64,000 nt of DNA, taken from contig UQNS01000001.1 in assembly GCA_900542465.1 (NCBI GenBank), forward strand, positions 195,100 through 259,099, in the 5' to 3' direction. The notes beneath the pieces are model-generated. The model searched no databases, was not told the DNA's origin, and saw nothing but the letters and a program-made list of their open reading frames with translations. Source of the DNA: an uncultured Eubacteriales bacterium. Lineage in GTDB: Bacteria > Bacillota > Clostridia > Lachnospirales > Lachnospiraceae. Below, piece by piece: positions 61,291-64,000 of the stretch. Made by a program: the position numbers and the translations under genes. Each line of letters begins with the position of its first letter. The stretch's first letter is position 1.

Positions 61291-61324
61291 TAGTGGTCTT
61301 TATTCTCCGATAAGATCTAGAACC

Positions 61325-61365
61325 CCTAAAAGCTTTTAGCAGATAGGGGTTATTTTTGTAGCAGA
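61325..61365 (+). terminator. Rho-independent terminator
   Basis: aaccccta(aaagcttttagcaga)taggggtt followed by atttttg. Confidence 0.6.
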
Positions 61366-61511
61366 AAACTTTCAAATTAGGGGCAAAAAAAGGGCAAATT
61401 TATTTGTCGTAGTGCGACACAATAGAGAATTTAGAACACAATAAAAAGCTGATAAATAGGCTTAAAACCTGAAAAAGTGGCGTTATATTGCTTAATAGAT
61501 TAATTGCTGTC

Positions 61512-61548
61512 AATCTCCTTGTCAGCTTTTAATTGTTTCTTGTGAACC
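61512..61548. repeat. attR: 37-bp direct repeat identical to 22729-22765
   Basis: Exact match. Confidence 0.85.
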
Positions 61549-61572
61549 CTGATTTTAAAAGATTACGTTTTC

Positions 61573-61602
61573 TTGACATGAGTATACGTATACCGTTATA
61601 AT
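61573..61602 (+). promoter_or_regulatory. near-consensus sigma-70 promoter (TTGACA-18-TATAAT) with no obvious downstream gene
   Basis: Direct inspection. Only a 10-codon ORF and about 550 bp of noncoding DNA follow. Confidence 0.45.
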
Positions 61603-62199
61603 ATGCTCATAGGACTAGGTCAGTAAGCATACGGTGCGCTGGCCGTTTTTTTATGAGGAAATTTAGTATGAAAGAATATAAGACACATAATCAACAATGA
61701 AGTGTTTTGCGAAAAAGGGGCTTGTTTGTGTCAACACAAAATAAACCACATTGTTGATGTCAACACTGTGCTAGCAGTCAAGGACGGCAGTGACCGCATG
61801 CCTTATATCCGTTTGATATAACCTCATCCCTTGTTCCGGTAAAAGTGCTGTGATTTTTTGGTTTTATCTTTGGAACATCTTTGCAGCCACCATAGTGAAA
61901 CACATGAGTTTTTGTATTAAGAACATATGTATGTTGATCAACTTTTGAATGATTGTATGTGGCTTGCGTTTCGGGAACATATCTTTCTCGTGCAGGTTCT
62001 GCATTTTGAAGCGTTGCTTGCTGTGAAGAGTTTGAATCGCTTTCAGGTTTATTTAATTATTTTTATTTATTTTCTTCTTGAACAATCCCATAACTTTCCT
62101 TTCTTAAAAACAGAAGAAGCCCCATGTTATACGCGATAAAAATCCGAAATATATAAGCATGGGGAATCTGCTTCTGTTTGCTATTTGCTGTTAAACGAT

Positions 62200-63356
62200 T
62201 AACTTCTCTTTTTACGTATCACGCCAATCATCACTATTAAACAAACCGCTCCTGTGACAATGAAAGCAAGTACATATTTTGATGTATTACTCTGATCTCC
62301 GGTTGCTGGAGATTCCTCGGCCTTAGGTGAGTTTAAAGTAGTAGTTGGATTCACCTTTTCAGTAGGTCCGGTCGAAGGGCGCTGAGTTGTGGCAGTTGTT
62401 ACTGAAGGAACTGTAGTTGATTCAGTAGTCGGTGCCGTGCTAGTAGTAGTAGTTTCCGTAGGGACATTATAAGTTACTGATGGTTTAGTAAATTCTATGT
62501 TTCCAAGTTGATCTCCTGAACTGTTGAATACATTTAAAACAGCCCTTTCATTTGTATCAAATGTATAATCGCCGGGTGCTTTAGGAACATTAACTAGCCT
62601 TTATGAGTAGTTGAGCTTTACAGGAGCTTCGGTCTTTACAGTTTCGTTGATATTCAATAAGAGAGTCTCTTTTACGCCGTTGTCAGAGTATGTTAAAACG
62701 TAGCGATAGGTTCCGTCGCTGCGTGATCTAAAGCCATACTGGCCTTCAGCTATATTTACAGGCTTTAAAACTTCATCACCGATGTTAAGGGAGATCTTAC
62801 CCGGGTCGTTTACGAAATCAAAATCCTTACCTATTTCATCTTCAACACTGGAGCCCGTATCAATGAGATGGCTGACCGCTTTCTGTAATTCAACGAAATC
62901 CGGTGATAGACCTTCGGTATTTCTGGTCATATATTTAAGAAAGTTAGTACCATTAAAGTCGGCTACATTATACTCTCTGCTCTGGTATTCCCAGATACCA
63001 CCTTTCTTATCATTGCTGTACTGGAAAGGTGCCCCTGTTTTTGGGTTAGTCTGCAGTTTAGGATCACCAAATGACTTGGTGTAAGAGGTGTTGAAATCAT
63101 TATTTTTTGAATAAAGATATGTTGCACCATCAGTTATAAGAACTAAATGCTGGCGGGAATCTAAAACACCGGTATCGTCATCAAGAAGTTTCTTTCCGGC
63201 TAAAAGATCTGCATTCAGCCCAGATGCGGTTTTGTTGGTTGTTATAAGTGATGAGAGTGAAGTTTCTTCGGCAGATACCGGAGCCGTCTTCATAAGTTCG
63301 AGCATCACCATAAAAACGACCGCCAGGGCGATAACTATGTTTAAAAACTTTTTCAT
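62200..63356 (-). pseudogene. cell-surface protein gene interrupted by an in-frame TAA (N-terminal 251 aa with signal peptide; C-terminal 133 aa with T-rich stalk and SPATGD sorting signal)
   Basis: ORF 62601..63374 ends ...VKLNYS*. The same frame continues RLVNVPKAPGDYTF...SPATGDQSNTSKYVLAFIVTGAVCLIVMIGVIRKKRS*, verified codon by codon. Confidence 0.6.
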
Positions 63357-63455
63357 AAATAAATCTCCGTACAATCCATTGTCCTATACGTATATACTAA
63401 ACTCTTCAGAAAAACTATGAGTTGGAGAGGCATATATGAAAGATATTGATAAAAG

Positions 63456-63495
63456 AATACCCCGGTCATTGATCTGACCGGGGTATTCTTTAAAT
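63456..63495 (-). terminator. perfect 16-bp-stem hairpin terminator after the small ORF
   Basis: aagaataccccggtca(ttgatc)tgaccggggtattctt with a T-run on the minus strand. Confidence 0.7.
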
Positions 63496-63506
63496 ATAAG
63501 CTTTTA

Positions 63507-63650
63507 TTAGATTTCGCATGAATTGTAGCCAGGAAGGCACTTCTTAACCTTTGCCTCAACCTCAGCTTCAGCTTTAGTAACTTCAGACATCTGCTTCTCT
63601 AACTTCTCCAAGCGAGCTATAAGATCTTCAAGAACTTTTTCGTTTTCCAT
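63507..63650 (-). CDS. small coiled-coil protein with C-terminal CLPGYNSC motif (47 aa)
   Basis: ATG after AGGAGG (MENEKVLEDLIARLEKLEKQ...). Own extended -10 promoter (tggtagtataat) and terminator. Confidence 0.5.
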   Translation of the reverse strand: MENEKVLEDLIARLEKLEKQMSEVTKAEAEVEAKVKKCLPGYNSCEI

Positions 63651-63877
63651 AATAAACCTCCTAAAATTTAATAGCATTATTACCTCAATCATTATACTAC
63701 CAAAAGTATGCGTTGTGTATATTTTTTTGAAGTTTTCAGTAATTTATTTTATGTGTTGCGGTTAAATATAACAGTAAAATTTAAAATAGGTAAGGACCAG
63801 ATCGATACTATTATATGGAACCAGATATTATTTTATAAAATATAATTTATATATGTAAATTATTTATTATTATTTTT

Positions 63878-64000
63878 TCTGTCACGAAGTGCCTTAGAGA
63901 TAAGTATTGCGGCATATATCACGACCGGAAGTATTATGTCCGTATATATGAGACCGGTCAGTAGGCGCCGGCTTTCATCAGTACCGATAAAAGCAACAGC
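63878..64000 (-). CDS. C-terminal fragment of a membrane protein (3' end only; gene continues beyond window)
   Basis: Minus-strand frame open to the window end: ...LIYTDIILPVVIYAAILISKALRDRKNNNK*. Confidence 0.3.

Larger units (their letters stand above)
22729..61548. mobile_element. Integrated myovirus-type prophage (about 38.8 kb) with PBSX-like contractile tail module, bounded by attL/attR in tRNA-Thr
   Basis: Direct repeats. Integrase next to attL. Complete lysogeny, replication, packaging, head, tail and lysis modules. Confidence 0.9.

Overview
This is a low-GC Firmicutes (Clostridia-like) chromosomal segment of about 22.7 kb carrying housekeeping genes and tRNA genes, a roughly 38.8 kb myovirus-type prophage, and about 2.5 kb of host DNA to the right.

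The host gene order on the left is a TPR membrane protein (5' partial), YigZ/IMPACT, a DUF5685-like protein, a J-domain protein, metG, a 1332-aa surface protein on the minus strand, tatD, rsmA, tadA, purF, tRNA-Val(TAC), tRNA-Met(CAT), a 1298-aa beta-helix/Flg_new-repeat surface protein, ispF, cysE, cysS, mrnC, rlmB, sigH and tRNA-Thr(GGT).

The prophage has a PBSX/XkdK-to-XkdX-like contractile tail module and is integrated into the 3' end of tRNA-Thr. A 37-bp direct repeat is exact at 22729-22765 (attL) and 61512-61548 (attR). Reading left to right, the prophage modules are:
- Lysogeny: a tyrosine integrase next to attL, a roughly 450-bp noncoding region dense in perfect inverted repeats, an orphan 166-aa gene, a CI-like HTH-S24 repressor and a divergent Cro-like gene.
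- Early region: two small HTH genes, an RHH protein, and a protein built from about 29 near-perfect 18-bp tandem DNA repeats (hexapeptide xxAxVx repeats).
- Replication: DUF2800 nuclease, DUF2815, family-A DNA polymerase, VirE-like primase/helicase, an iteron-like candidate origin, VRR-NUC, an SNF2 helicase with a disrupted N-terminus, an HNH endonuclease and an ArpU-like late activator.
- A RelE/ParE-type toxin-antitoxin pair.
- Packaging and head: terS, terL, an SPP1-type portal, an SPP1 gp7-like head morphogenesis protein whose C-terminus is a C2/C3-type ADP-ribosyltransferase domain, scaffold and major capsid.
- Tail and lysis: connector and adaptor proteins, sheath, tube, tape measure, LysM XkdP, baseplate XkdQ-XkdU, tail fibre, XkdX-like protein, holins, and a GH25-2xLysM endolysin.
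- Right-end cargo: a small winged-HTH ORF and a repeat/hairpin array before attR.

Host DNA right of attR holds an orphan sigma-70 promoter, a surface-protein gene interrupted by an in-frame TAA, and a small stand-alone ORF with its own terminator.

The three host surface proteins share non-canonical C-terminal sorting signals (SPATGD, GPATGD, VKTGD) instead of LPXTG.
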